NCBI GenBank assembly: GCA_963710605.1
Contig: CAVQBA010000004.1
Coordinates: 544,001-608,000, forward strand
Length of the DNA stretch: 64,000 bases
From: an uncultured cyanobacterium
GTDB taxonomy: Bacteria; Cyanobacteriota; Cyanobacteriia; Cyanobacteriales; Cyanobacteriaceae
Direction of reading: 5' to 3'
A program made the translations under genes and the position numbers. Under the pieces are notes generated by a model. It saw only the letters and a program-made list of their open reading frames with translations, made no database searches and was not told where the DNA came from. Positions 32,667 through 43,681 of the stretch are shown piece by piece; positions within the stretch are counted from its first letter, which is position 1, and each line of letters starts with the position of its first letter.

Positions 32667-32824
32667 AACCGCAGAAAGCACGCGGAGTACGCAGAGAGGT
32701 TGACTAGTTTTGAGGAAAAAATTTTGAGAGAGAGGTACACAGGAGTTAGCTAGCTTTAAGGATGAAATTTTGGGGGGACAGAGAGAAAGAGAGTATTTGT
32801 TCGAGATTATTCGAGCGCTTTTTG
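32667..32824 (+). repeat. ~155-bp dispersed repeat, copy 1 (inside a MITE-like bracket at ~32638-32875)
   Basis: AACCGCAGA...GTACGCAGAG...TTTTGAGAGAGAGGTACACAGGAGTT...GAGATTATTCGA, matching 36242-36399 in reverse complement. Confidence 0.8.
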
Positions 32825-32880
32825 CTATTTTATTTATTTTTTGAACAATATTAAAAACTAATTTACAAAGCATATTTAAT

Positions 32881-32929
32881 TATTCATTATTCATTATTCA
32901 TTATTCATTATTCATTATTCATTATTCAT
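32881..32929 (+). repeat. STRR-type heptamer tandem repeat (TATTCAT)x7
   Basis: Seven exact copies ending 1 nt before the RND permease ATG; similar heptamer tracts near 19830, 25300, 43550, 54575 and 55020. Confidence 0.9.
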
Positions 32930-32930
32930 T

Positions 32931-35900
32931 ATGATTAAGGCATTCTACGAAAACAGTCGGCTTTTGATTATCACGATCGTCCTCATTATCGCCTGGGGAA
33001 TAGCTTCATTCACCGCTTTACCCAGACAAGAAGATCCTACCCTCGTGGCTCGTGTTGCGGTAGTTAATACACCATTTCCAGGGGCAAACGCTCAACGAGT
33101 CGAGGCGTTAGTCACAGAAATATTAGAAGCCGAAATTAGAGAAATTGAAGAAATTGATACTCTCGAATCGGACTCTAGGATCGGTTTTTCTAGTATTTCG
33201 ATCGAATTATTAGATACAGTAAAAGACGCTCAACCAATTTGGGCTCAAGTTAGAGATAAACTAGAATCTGCTTCTGCTTTTTTACCGACTTCTGCAGGTA
33301 CACCAGAACTAATAGAATCGAAAGTGAAAGCCTATACAACGATCGTTTCTTTGACGTGGAATTTAGAAGGCGAACCGAATTATGCGATTTTAAAAAGGTA
33401 TGCCGAACAGTTACAATTGATGGCGAGAGGATTAGCAGGTACAGAAGAAGTCGATCTATTTGGCGATCCTGATGAAGAAATTACAGTTGAAATTAGTAGT
33501 AGCGATTTAAGCTCAGTTGGGCTTTCGGTGGCAGATTTAGCTCAACAAATCGATTTAAGTGATGCTAAAGTCTCCGCAGGACAATATCGTAACGCTCGAT
33601 CGAATATTGCCATTGAAGTAGATAGCGAATTAGATAGTCTCGAAAAAATTAGACAAATACCAATTCAAAATACAACCACTCAATTTACCCGTCTAAGTGA
33701 CATCGCTACAGTAAATCGTGGTATTAGATTACCGCCAACAGACTTAGCTTTAGTTAAGGGTAAACCTGCTGTAGTGGTAGGAATTTTGATGAAAGCAGAT
33801 ATTAGAATTGACAAATGGGCTCAAAAAGTTACTGAAATATTAAATCAATTAGAGACAACTTTACCCGAAGGTATTAGTTTAGATGTAATTTTCGACCAAA
33901 GTAGTTATGTTGCCGATCGTATTGATAGTTTAATCGAAAATTTGATTTTAGGTGCAATATTCGTCGGCGGAGTTACCTTTGTTTTCATGGGTTGGAAATC
34001 GGCGTTAATTGTCTCGATCGCTTTACCTTTAAGTACTTTTATGGTATTAGGAGGACTTAGTTTTGCTGGGATTCCGATTCACCAAATGTCAGTGACGGGA
34101 TTAATTATTGCATTGGGTTTATTGATTGATAATGCCATTATCGTTGTTGATGAAGTTACAACCGAAATTTCATCGGGGCATAAACCTGTAGATGCAGTCG
34201 TGGATACGGTTAATTATCTTAAAGTACCTTTACTTGCTTCTACTATTACTACTGTGGCGACTTTTTTACCGATCGCATTGTTACCCGGTAGTGCGGGAGA
34301 ATTTGTCGGCTCGATCGCTGTTAGTGTCATTATGGCGTTGATTGCTTCTTTTATTATTTCTTTGACGGTGATAGCAGGTTTAGCAGGAAGAATCAATAGC
34401 GTTGGTAATACTGTTAAGCAACGACAGTTTTCTTCTTCTCAGGAGGATGATAATCGTGAAGCAAATTCATCATCTGAAAATGATAACTACCAGCAAACCT
34501 TACCTCCTCCTAAAAAAAGATGGTGGAATCGAGGTTTTTCTTTTCCTTTATTAACTAAAGCCTATCGTTTATCCTTGCAAAAATCTTTACGTTATCCATT
34601 GTTATCGATCGCTTTTAGTTTTATTATTCCCCTGATTGGTTTTATCAATGCCCAACATTTAGCAAATCAGTTTTTTCCTTCCCTAGCAAGAGATCAATTT
34701 CAGATAGAAGTTGAATTTTCCGCCACTACAGCGATCGCTCAAACTGAAGCTAAAATATTACAAGCTAGACAAATAATCATCGAACATCCAGAGATAAAAG
34801 ACGTACATTGGTTTTTAGGTGAAAGTGCACCCAAGTTTTATTACAACTTCGTTGGTAGTCGTCGCAACCAAGCCTATTACGCTCAGGCAATGGTACAACT
34901 GAATACCAATAGTGAAGTAGCTGAAATTATTCAACAATTACAAGCAGAATTAGACGAGCAATTTCCTTCAGCCAGAGTTTTAGTACGACAATTACAACAA
35001 GGGCCACCTTACGAATCACCTGTAGAGATCAGAATTTTTGGCTCTAATATCGATGTACTAAGAGAATTGGGTATTGAAGCCAGAAGAATACTTACTACCC
35101 TACCCGACGTACTTCATGTGCGTGATGATTTAACCGAAGTTTCCGTCAAGTTAGGTTTCCAAGTAGATGCAGAACAAATAAAACAAGTTGGTTTAACGAA
35201 TGCAACGATCGCTCAACAGTTACAATCGTACCTTGAAGGAGCGACAGGAGGCTCAATTTTAGAATCAACTGAAAATTTACCGATTAGAGTAAGAGTAGAA
35301 AACGATCGAAGAGGGGATATAGATGATATTGCTTCTTTAAATTTAGTCAGTAACAACAACCAAAATAATGATTTTCTTTCTACCTCAGCTTTAGGTGAAT
35401 TTGAGCTTTTACCTCAGTTAGCATTAATCGCTCGTTACAACGAGCAAAGAGTTAATACGGTACAGGCTTATATCAAAGCAGGTGTGTTACCTTCGGTGGT
35501 ACAAAATAGGTTAGAAGAAGCCTTAGTCGAAAATAACTTTCAATTACCTTTAGGTTATCGTTACGAATTTGGTGGTGAAAAAGAACAAAGCGGTGAAGCT
35601 CAAGGAAATCTAGCAATTTATGTACCTTTGCTGGTAATGGTAATGATGGCGGCGTTAGTACTTTCTTTGGGCTCTTTTCGTCAATTTTTAATTGTTGTTG
35701 GTGTTGCGATTGGTTGTGTGGGGGCGGCACTTTTTTCTTTAAGAATATCTAATTCTCCTTTAGGATTTATGGCGATCGTCGGTACAATGGGTTTAGTTGG
35801 AATTGCCATCAACGATACTGTGATGGTTTTATCTGCTTTAAATGAAAATCCTTTAGCAAAACAAGGCGATCAAAAAGTAATTTCAGAAATAGTCTTAAAA

Positions 35901-36086
35901 TCAACTCGTCATGTCTTGACAACTACAGTAACAACGATCGCGGGTTTTGTGCCTTTGCTTCTAAGTGGCGATCCATTTTGGCAACCTCTATCGTTTGCTA
36001 TCTCTGGTGGTATAAGCGTTTCATCTTTACTAGCTTTATATTTTGTCCCTGCTGTTTATAGTATGGTTTATCGAAGTAGAAAATAA
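32931..36086 (+). CDS. RND efflux permease (AcrB/AcrD/AcrF family)
   Basis: LPRQEDP, FPGA.A..VE..VT..LE, GLLIDNAI.V, 12-TM two-repeat architecture. Confidence 0.95.
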   Translation: MIKAFYENSRLLIITIVLIIAWGIASFTALPRQEDPTLVARVAVVNTPFPGANAQRVEALVTEILEAEIREIEEIDTLESDSRIGFSSISIELLDTVKDAQPIWAQVRDKLESASAFLPTSAGTPELIESKVKAYTTIVSLTWNLEGEPNYAILKRYAEQLQLMARGLAGTEEVDLFGDPDEEITVEISSSDLSSVGLSVADLAQQIDLSDAKVSAGQYRNARSNIAIEVDSELDSLEKIRQIPIQNTTTQFTRLSDIATVNRGIRLPPTDLALVKGKPAVVVGILMKADIRIDKWAQKVTEILNQLETTLPEGISLDVIFDQSSYVADRIDSLIENLILGAIFVGGVTFVFMGWKSALIVSIALPLSTFMVLGGLSFAGIPIHQMSVTGLIIALGLLIDNAIIVVDEVTTEISSGHKPVDAVVDTVNYLKVPLLASTITTVATFLPIALLPGSAGEFVGSIAVSVIMALIASFIISLTVIAGLAGRINSVGNTVKQRQFSSSQEDDNREANSSSENDNYQQTLPPPKKRWWNRGFSFPLLTKAYRLSLQKSLRYPLLSIAFSFIIPLIGFINAQHLANQFFPSLARDQFQIEVEFSATTAIAQTEAKILQARQIIIEHPEIKDVHWFLGESAPKFYYNFVGSRRNQAYYAQAMVQLNTNSEVAEIIQQLQAELDEQFPSARVLVRQLQQGPPYESPVEIRIFGSNIDVLRELGIEARRILTTLPDVLHVRDDLTEVSVKLGFQVDAEQIKQVGLTNATIAQQLQSYLEGATGGSILESTENLPIRVRVENDRRGDIDDIASLNLVSNNNQNNDFLSTSALGEFELLPQLALIARYNEQRVNTVQAYIKAGVLPSVVQNRLEEALVENNFQLPLGYRYEFGGEKEQSGEAQGNLAIYVPLLVMVMMAALVLSLGSFRQFLIVVGVAIGCVGAALFSLRISNSPLGFMAIVGTMGLVGIAINDTVMVLSALNENPLAKQGDQKVISEIVLKSTRHVLTTTVTTIAGFVPLLLSGDPFWQPLSFAISGGISVSSLLALYFVPAVYSMVYRSRK

Positions 36087-36241
36087 CTAGTACTTGTTTA
36101 AATTAAGTTTTAGACAGTATAAATAACAGTTAAAAAAAGCATAAAACTCGCCTTGCAATAAATTGACAAGGCTAACAGAGTACGTTTAATAAATTAAACT
36201 CTATCTATCTTTTTGTTTTTTGCATTTGATATTACAACCTC

Positions 36242-36399
36242 AAAAATCGATCGAATAATCTCTAACAAAGACTCTCTTTCTTCCTCTTTCCCTCCAAAAA
36301 TTGTAACCTCAAAGCCAGTCAACTCCTGTGTACCTCTCTCTCAAAATGTTATCCTCAAAACTAATCAACCCCTCTGCGTACTCTGCGTACTCTGCGGTT
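36242..36399 (-). repeat. ~155-bp dispersed repeat, copy 2 (inverted relative to copy 1)
   Basis: Reverse complement aligns with 32667-32824. Confidence 0.8.
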
Positions 36400-36444
36400 A
36401 TCATAATTATTTCAATTAAGTTCCAAACAAAAGTAAAATGTCTA

Positions 36445-36473
36445 GTAGGGACGTAGCAGTGCTACGTCCCTAC
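36445..36473. repeat. GTAG-class REP-like palindrome
   Basis: GTAGGGACGTAGCAGTGCTACGTCCCTAC; relatives at 51329-51357 and 8529-8556. Confidence 0.85.
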
Positions 36474-36512
36474 ATCATCATAAATTTTATTAATTCAAAG
36501 AGTCAATATTTA

Positions 36513-36797
36513 ATGGATAAAAAAACTACAGGTGCGGATGCAGTAGATAAAGCGATCGCTCAAGGATTAGATTTAGACGGTAGTAAAATACCTGAGAATA
36601 AATTGTCATTATATAACCAAGTAATGGGATTAGAAGGTAACAGACAACGTAGCGGTGTTACAAATACAATGCGATCGCGTATCGTCCGTATCGGGGCAAA
36701 ACATATCGCTCAAGATGAATTAAACCAAATGTTAACTGATGCAGATTTCCCTCCATTAAAAGATAAAGAAATCGCTTTTTATTACCAAAAAAAATAA
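36513..36797 (+). CDS. DUF4090 / Ssr1528-family small protein
   Basis: TTGADAVD.AI..G.DLDGS.IP, RQRSGV.NTMRSRIVRIGAKH, PLKDKEIAF; ATG at 36513. Confidence 0.85.
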   Translation: MDKKTTGADAVDKAIAQGLDLDGSKIPENKLSLYNQVMGLEGNRQRSGVTNTMRSRIVRIGAKHIAQDELNQMLTDADFPPLKDKEIAFYYQKK

Positions 36798-36962
36798 AAT
36801 TAAGCCAAATTTTACCAAACTAAAATCAAGATAAGTATATAATTATTAATTATTAATTATCAATTATTAATTACTACCCTACATTCTTGATTTTTTTCGT
36901 TTATCATAGTAACAACCCTCGAATATTTAGTCCAAGTATAAATATATTAAAAAACGAAAGAT

Positions 36963-38564
36963 ATGAGTGAAGCCTCAGACAGAATTATTATCTTTGATAC
37001 CACCTTAAGAGATGGCGAACAGTCTCCTGGTGCGAGTTTGAATGTAGAAGAAAAATTAACGATCGCTCGTGCGTTAGCTAAATTAGGAGTAGATGTTATT
37101 GAAGCTGGTTTTCCCCACGCTAGTTTAGGCGATTTTAATGCAGTTCAACGTATTGCTGGTACTGTAGGTACTGAAAATGGTCCTACTATCTGTGGTTTAG
37201 CCAGAGCAACAAAACTCGATATCAAAAGTGCTGGAGAGGCTTTACAACCTGCTGTCAATCGTCGTATTCATACTTTTATCGCTACATCTGATATTCATTT
37301 AGAATACAAACTTAAAAAAAGTCGGGCAGATATACTCAAAATTGTGCCTGATATGGTGGCTTATGCTAAAACTTTTACTGATGATGTAGAGTTTTCCCCT
37401 GAAGATGCGGGAAGAAGCGATCCAGAATTTCTTTATCAAGTACTAGAGAGTGCGATCGATGCAGGGGCGACTACTGTTAATATTCCTGATACAGTTGGTT
37501 ATACTACTCCTAGCGAATATGGAGCAATTATTAAGGGAATTAAAGAGAATGTACCTAATATAGATAATGCAATTATTTCTGTTCATGGACATAATGACCT
37601 CGGTTTAGCTGTCGCAAACTTCCTAGAAGCCGTCAAAAATGGTGCCAGACAACTAGAATGTACCATTAACGGTATTGGTGAACGTGCTGGGAATGCGGCG
37701 TTAGAAGAATTAGTGATGGCTCTTCATGTTCGTCGTCAATATTTTAATTCCTTTTTGGGCAGACCAAGCGAATCGACTGAATCGTTAACAAATATTAATA
37801 CCAAACATCTTTACAAAACGTCCCGTTTAGTATCTAATTTGACGGGTATGTTAGTTCAACCAAATAAAGCGATCGTTGGTGCTAATGCTTTTGCTCATGA
37901 ATCTGGTATCCATCAAGATGGTGTTTTGAAAAACCGTCTTACCTACGAAATCATGGATGCAGAATCGATCGGTTTAACTACCAATCAAATTGTGTTAGGC
38001 AAACTTTCAGGGCGTAATGCTTTCGGTAGCCGTTTACAAGAATTAGGTTTCGAGCTATCTGATGACGATCTTAACAAAGCCTTTGTTCGTTTTAAAGAAG
38101 TAGCGGATAAAAAAAGAGAAATCACCGATTGGGATTTAGAAGCGATCGTTAATGATGAAATCCAACAACCTCCTGAATTATTCCGTTTGGAATTAGTACA
38201 GGTTTCTTGTGGCGACCATTCTTCGCCGACTGCTACTATTACCCTCAGAATGCCTGATGGTAAGGAATTGAGTGATGCGGCGATCGGTACAGGGCCAGTT
38301 GATGCGGTTTATAAAGCAATTAATCGAGTGGTTAAAATACCTAATCAACTCACTGAATATTCGGTCAAATCTGTCACCGCAGGTATTGATGCGATGGGAG
38401 AGGTAACTATTCGCCTTCAGCATGAGGGTAAAACTTATTCAGGTTACTCAGCTAATACCGATGTGATCGTCGCTTCTGCTCATGCTTATATCAGTGCTTT
38501 AAATCGTCTTTATGGTGCTTTGCAAAGCAGACAAGAAACACCTGATTTACTCACTAATGTTTAA
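36963..38564 (+). CDS. leuA: 2-isopropylmalate synthase
   Basis: [38 protein letters not shown], regulatory domain G.GPVDA. Confidence 0.98.
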   Translation: MSEASDRIIIFDTTLRDGEQSPGASLNVEEKLTIARALAKLGVDVIEAGFPHASLGDFNAVQRIAGTVGTENGPTICGLARATKLDIKSAGEALQPAVNRRIHTFIATSDIHLEYKLKKSRADILKIVPDMVAYAKTFTDDVEFSPEDAGRSDPEFLYQVLESAIDAGATTVNIPDTVGYTTPSEYGAIIKGIKENVPNIDNAIISVHGHNDLGLAVANFLEAVKNGARQLECTINGIGERAGNAALEELVMALHVRRQYFNSFLGRPSESTESLTNINTKHLYKTSRLVSNLTGMLVQPNKAIVGANAFAHESGIHQDGVLKNRLTYEIMDAESIGLTTNQIVLGKLSGRNAFGSRLQELGFELSDDDLNKAFVRFKEVADKKREITDWDLEAIVNDEIQQPPELFRLELVQVSCGDHSSPTATITLRMPDGKELSDAAIGTGPVDAVYKAINRVVKIPNQLTEYSVKSVTAGIDAMGEVTIRLQHEGKTYSGYSANTDVIVASAHAYISALNRLYGALQSRQETPDLLTNV

Positions 38565-38808
38565 TTACACTGTCTAAATCAGGATTAAGAGGATTGTCAG
38601 ATTTACAGGATTGTTTTTTATTAGAACGATCGATCGGGATTATTTATCTGTAGATGATAATAAAACAGTATCTTATTTTTAATTTGATAGTTTAATTTAT
38701 TAAACGAATACTATTAGCCTTGTAATGATAATTCAAGGCGATTTTTATCCTCGCATTTTAGATATTCTTATTACTGTCTCAATTTCTATTAAATTAACTT
38801 TGAAATAC

Positions 38809-39609
38809 TTATCGAGAAATAATACCCGACCATTGATTTTTTTTCTCGTGACTACGACGGTAAGAAAAGAAATGTTCGGGTGTTTGATAAGTACAATAAG
38901 GTGCGATCGCTATTTGCTCGCTAGATATTCCTTGTTGTTGTATTTGTAGATTAATAGTTTGAGTCACATCTAAACGATATTTACCTTCTTCATTATCAGC
39001 TAAAAGCACTGAAGAGGGTAGTTTTATTGCTTGAGTAATAATTTGCTTGTCGGTCATATTTTCACTATCAGCAATTACTGTTTGAACGACTTTTATGGCT
39101 ACATCCTCTTTTACTTGATAGACTTTTCCTTCAATAGCTGGTCCTAGGGCAAATAATAAGTTATCTTTATTACTACCTTGGGATAAAAATAAAGCGATCG
39201 CTTTAGCTACAATCTGACTTGCTGTGCCACGCCAACCCGAATGTATAGCCGCTACTTTTCCTGTAACTCGATCGGCTATTAATACTGGTGTACAATCAGC
39301 ACTAGCTGACCAAACTGATTGCAAAGGTTTACTAGTAATAATGCCATCGCCTTGTAATAATTCAGATTGAGATTGAAGTGATGTTTGTTGATCTATTTTA
39401 TCGGTAGAATGGACAATAGAGCTATGGATTTGTTTAAGTCGATAAACTTGAGCGTCAGGATTGAGATAGGCAATCAAATCAACAGGAGATTGCTGAGGAA
39501 AATGATTAGAAAAAAAGCCATGTTGCCAATCAGCTAATAGTTGACAAGTTAGATAACTACCATTTTCAGTTTCTTGCCACTGCCATTGGTTATAGCGATT
39601 CGCATTCAT
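38809..39609 (-). CDS. pgeF: PgeF/YfiH (laccase-domain) family protein
   Basis: QIHS, ADCTPVL.AD, AIHSGWRG, GPAI, CT....FFSYRR. Confidence 0.92.
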   Translation of the reverse strand: MNANRYNQWQWQETENGSYLTCQLLADWQHGFFSNHFPQQSPVDLIAYLNPDAQVYRLKQIHSSIVHSTDKIDQQTSLQSQSELLQGDGIITSKPLQSVWSASADCTPVLIADRVTGKVAAIHSGWRGTASQIVAKAIALFLSQGSNKDNLLFALGPAIEGKVYQVKEDVAIKVVQTVIADSENMTDKQIITQAIKLPSSVLLADNEEGKYRLDVTQTINLQIQQQGISSEQIAIAPYCTYQTPEHFFSYRRSHEKKNQWSGIISR

Positions 39610-39861
39610 AAAAGAAGTTTAAATTATCAATCATTGTAATTAATTATATCGATCGTAATTACTAATTGACAATTGATAAAATATATACCAATTATTCGTG
39701 TTATGAAGTACTTGCTCGATCGATCGAGTAGTAATAGCTTCTAGCTATTTTCTTCTTTTTGAGAATGAAACAGCCCTGCCAACTTAGGGGGAGAATAAAA
39801 TGGGAAACTTGTAAATATAAACTGTACGTCAAAAGCGATGAGAAACACTATAGATAAAAAA

Positions 39862-40938
39862 ATGTTAGAAATACAAAAATTTTTAAACAATAATTCCTTG
39901 GAAGAATTACAAGAAAAATATGCGATCAAAATAACCAGACATCAACAATATCCTCATTTAGTTTGTTTAAAATATTGTCAGCTTAATAGCCCAATGAAAG
40001 AAAGAGTTGTGCAACAATGTAGAGGAATAATTTTAGATGAAAATAACAATTGGCAAGTAGTATCTTATCCTTACGATAAATTCTTTAACTATGATAGTCA
40101 TTTAGCACCCAAATTAGATTGGCAGACAACTAATGTTTATGACAAATTAGACGGTAGTTTGGTTATTTTATATCATTATGATGGAGCATGGCACGTGCAA
40201 TCTAGTGGTATGGCTGATGCGATGGGCACAATTCAAAACACTGATTTAACTATTAAAGATTTATTTTGGTCAGTATTCGATAATTTAGATTACCAAAAAC
40301 CAGCAGAAACTAATTATTGTTTTATGTTTGAATTAGTTAGCCCTTATCTTAGGGTAATTGTTGACTACCAAAAAGATGATTTGCTTTTACACGGTGTTAG
40401 AAATTTAGATACTTTTAAAGAAGAAAAACCAGATCAATGGGCAAAAAAATATAATTGGCATTGTATTAAAACATATCCTTTTTCTGAATTATTAGATGTT
40501 TTAAAAACGACAAAAACTATTAATGGTTTGGAATTAGAAGGTTTTGTTGCTGTTGATGCCAAATTCGATCGAGTTAAAATTAAAGCACCTAATTATGTTC
40601 GTTTACATCACCTCAAAGGAGAATTTAGTAATAGAAGGTTAATCGAAATAGTTATTAACAATGAGGGTGATGAATTTCTCAATTATTTACCTGAATACAA
40701 AGAAGATTACCAGAAAATATACGCTACTTATTGTCAATTACTTGAAGAAATAAATACTAATTTTGAACAATATAAACAGATAGAAGAGCAAAAAGAATTT
40801 GCTTTGAAGGTTGGTAAACTACCTTATTCGGGTATCTTGTTTCAGCTAAGAGCGAATAAAAGCAATAAGACAATAAAAGAGTATTTACAAGAGACTCATT
40901 TGAATAAGTTAATGAAATTGTTTAAATTAAAAGATTAA
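39862..40938 (+). CDS. T4 Rnl1/RnlA-like ATP-dependent RNA ligase
   Basis: CRGII, KFFN, motif I KLDGS, FEL (IIIa), EGFV (IV), RVKIK...Y...H (V). Confidence 0.82.
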   Translation: MLEIQKFLNNNSLEELQEKYAIKITRHQQYPHLVCLKYCQLNSPMKERVVQQCRGIILDENNNWQVVSYPYDKFFNYDSHLAPKLDWQTTNVYDKLDGSLVILYHYDGAWHVQSSGMADAMGTIQNTDLTIKDLFWSVFDNLDYQKPAETNYCFMFELVSPYLRVIVDYQKDDLLLHGVRNLDTFKEEKPDQWAKKYNWHCIKTYPFSELLDVLKTTKTINGLELEGFVAVDAKFDRVKIKAPNYVRLHHLKGEFSNRRLIEIVINNEGDEFLNYLPEYKEDYQKIYATYCQLLEEINTNFEQYKQIEEQKEFALKVGKLPYSGILFQLRANKSNKTIKEYLQETHLNKLMKLFKLKD

Positions 40939-41318
40939 TTCAGATATTATAGCAGTTAATAAGGAAAGTTTATACGATCAATCGATCCCCCCTTAGTCCC
41001 CCCTTAGTAAAGGGGGAAAGAGACGTTAATTGCTGTCATTATTTGTGAATAAGAAGGGTGTAAGCTTTCACTGGTGTCAATTGAAGAAATCAAATGGTTA
41101 AGTTATAACTTAAAGTTGCCTTTAATTATCATTGCAAGGCTAACATAATTCGTTCATGATTCATAAACTTTAATCGAGAAACTTATGAGTTTAATTTATT
41201 AAACGGATTTATTTAGCCATGAATGGCAATTCATGGTGTTGCCAGAGTCTTTATTCCACCTTAATTTAGTCTTAAGTTGACGCGAATGGTGAGCCTTACA
41301 GCCCTACAGTTAAAATAT

Positions 41319-42131
41319 TTAATCAATTATTTGGCTGATAATTTTCTCAACTGCTAAACTCCATCCTTTACTGCCACTAGCTTGAGCAATACGCCAATTT
41401 TTATGTTGTAATCCTTGATGGACACCTTTTTTGCCGGGAACAACGATCGCTATATCAACATTTTCTAGTAAACTTATATCGTTAGGGGTATTCCCTAAAC
41501 CGATCGTAATCGTTTTTTTTCTTTTAAGTTTATAGTTGTTTAACAGCCATTTAACCGCATTACCTTTACCTGAATTTTGACTAATCAGATGAGAAAAACG
41601 ATCGCCCACTACAACAGTACAATTATAAAGTGAAGCGGTTTGTAATAATAATTTTGCTGGAATATTTTTAGGGGTTAAAAAAGGTTCGCTAAAATCTCTT
41701 TGTTTTGCCCTTTCTCCTTCAGTAACGGATAAGCCTGTTAATTGACAAATTTCTTTGACTGATAAATCACCAAAACCAATCAAATTAGTTTGTAAAGTTG
41801 CACTCATTTGTTGCAAAACGATTCGAGCGGATTCATAATTAAAACCTAATAGATGATAATAATAACGATTGTCTTCAGTGGTCATCAACGGTAGATTAAA
41901 ACGATCTTCATTTTTGCTCATAAAAATAGCACTACCATTTTCGGTGATGAATGGATCATTTAAACCAATTTCTGAGCAGATAGAAGCTACTTCGGCTTGG
42001 GTTTTACTGGTAACAGGAATAATTGGTATTTGAGCAGATTGTAATTTATGAATTGTTGGCAAAGCCTCGTCGTAAAGATAATCATCCTGATTGAGTAAAG
42101 TACCATCCAAATCTGTAAAAATTAAAACCAT
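41319..42131 (-). CDS. Mannosyl/glucosyl-3-phosphoglycerate phosphatase (HAD-IIB)
   Basis: FTDLDGTLL, TSKT..EV, ENGS, R.FSEPF, GDRF.H, GLGN.PND. Confidence 0.88.
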   Translation of the reverse strand: MVLIFTDLDGTLLNQDDYLYDEALPTIHKLQSAQIPIIPVTSKTQAEVASICSEIGLNDPFITENGSAIFMSKNEDRFNLPLMTTEDNRYYYHLLGFNYESARIVLQQMSATLQTNLIGFGDLSVKEICQLTGLSVTEGERAKQRDFSEPFLTPKNIPAKLLLQTASLYNCTVVVGDRFSHLISQNSGKGNAVKWLLNNYKLKRKKTITIGLGNTPNDISLLENVDIAIVVPGKKGVHQGLQHKNWRIAQASGSKGWSLAVEKIISQIID

Positions 42132-42463
42132 AATGAATGTAAAAAGAGAAATTAGATGGGAAATAATTGCTTCGTCAATAGGTTTGATCGTTTACTGCCA
42201 AAATCGATCGTTAATTATTTATTTCATTATTATATATTTACCTTAATCAGTAATTATCTTTTTTACTAACTAGAAAAAAACCCTATCATCAGCCTTAAGC
42301 ATCTTGAAACGAGTAATGATAGTTTTTAAATATGAATCTGCCCATAATTTACGAACATTAAAAATTGAAAGCGATCGAAAAGATTGCTATAGAGCAAAAC
42401 TAATGCTAAAGATTATTAAAACTCACAAAAGTCATGCTCTAGCAAAATAACCACAGTGGTTCA

Positions 42464-42949
42464 TTATCCTTCTATTTTTTGTCCTTCAATTTGTTGTGTT
42501 TCGATTTGTTGTACTTCAACTTGTCGTGGTTCGATTTGTGGTACTTTAATTTGTGGCACTTCTACTTCTTGTCTTTTCTCTTCTTGTAATTGTCTGCCAA
42601 AAGGAAACAAAGCGACGGGAATTAATTTAAAATGTTGTTTAGCAAAAGGAAGCCCAACTACGGTAATTGCCAAAATAGCACCATGTACTAAATGAGAAAG
42701 AGCAATTCCCCAACCGAATATAATTAACCACAAAGCGTTTAAAGTAGTATTAGTGAGATTACCCGCATCAGGTGTAACTACATTTTCTTTACCAAAAGGA
42801 GTCATGGTGGCAAGTCCGATTTTGATAGTTTGTACTCCAAAGGGAATACCAACAATGGTGGCACAAATACTTAAACCACCTGCGATGTAGCCTAAGCCAC
42901 TGAGAAAACCACCAAAGATAAACCAGATTACGTTACCTAAAAAAGCCAT
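42464..42949 (-). CDS. YccF domain inner-membrane protein with a pentapeptide-repeat tail
   Basis: GN..WFIFGG, TIVGIPFG...PFG repeated twice; C-terminal (x-Q-I-E-x)-like repeats. Confidence 0.9.
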   Translation of the reverse strand: MAFLGNVIWFIFGGFLSGLGYIAGGLSICATIVGIPFGVQTIKIGLATMTPFGKENVVTPDAGNLTNTTLNALWLIIFGWGIALSHLVHGAILAITVVGLPFAKQHFKLIPVALFPFGRQLQEEKRQEVEVPQIKVPQIEPRQVEVQQIETQQIEGQKIEG

Positions 42950-43052
42950 AATAAATAAATAATTAAATAATAAGTTTTAATTGTTTTAATCGTTTTGATA
43001 TTGAGAGGAAAAATCCTCCCATTATCTTGTTTAGTAAGAATAATTAAATAAT

Positions 43053-43454
43053 CTAACTTTCTTTTTCTTCTAGTTTCAAAGCCACAGAATTCATACAATA
43101 ACGTTTTCCTGTAGGTTTGGGGCCATCTTCAAAAACATGACCTAAGTGAGCGTCACAAGCTCCGCAAAGTACTTCTGTTCTTTTCATGAATAAACTGTTA
43201 TCACTTTTATAAGCTACGCTATCTTCATTTAAAGGATTCCAGAAACTTGGCCAACCTGTACCTGAGTCGAATTTAGTCTCAGAAGAAAATAGTTCGTTAC
43301 CGCAACAAACACATTTATATACACCTTCTTTTTTAGAATCGTGATATTCTCCTGTAAAGGCTCTTTCTGTGCCGTGTTTACGAGCGACTTTAAATTGCTC
43401 TGGTGTTAATATTTCTTTCCATTCGGCTTCTGTTTTTTGAACTTTGGTTACCAT
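43053..43454 (-). CDS. msrB: Peptide-methionine (R)-S-oxide reductase
   Basis: GTERAFTG, KFDSGTGWPSF, HLGHVF.DGP, RYCMNS. Confidence 0.98.
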   Translation of the reverse strand: MVTKVQKTEAEWKEILTPEQFKVARKHGTERAFTGEYHDSKKEGVYKCVCCGNELFSSETKFDSGTGWPSFWNPLNEDSVAYKSDNSLFMKRTEVLCGACDAHLGHVFEDGPKPTGKRYCMNSVALKLEEKES

Positions 43455-43681
43455 AATTTGATTAAAAAAGCTATCAATATTTATTAAAATTACATCTATA
43501 TTTTAGCATTTGCTTCTTAATTGATTCAGTGTGTAAAACACTACATTTTAGTTAAGAGTTAAGAGTTAAGAGTTAAAAAAAATTATGAAGAATACGTGTT
43601 AATCAATAATCGAATATATTTATTACTAATTAGCTATTGTAATGTTATCTATATATTCTTTTTGTTCACTATTTTTAGTGT

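Noticed and set aside
32661-32873. 70-aa ORF and its look-alike 68-aa ORF at 36213-36419
   Set aside because: Their similarity comes from a non-coding dispersed repeat; there are no protein motifs and the starts are weak.
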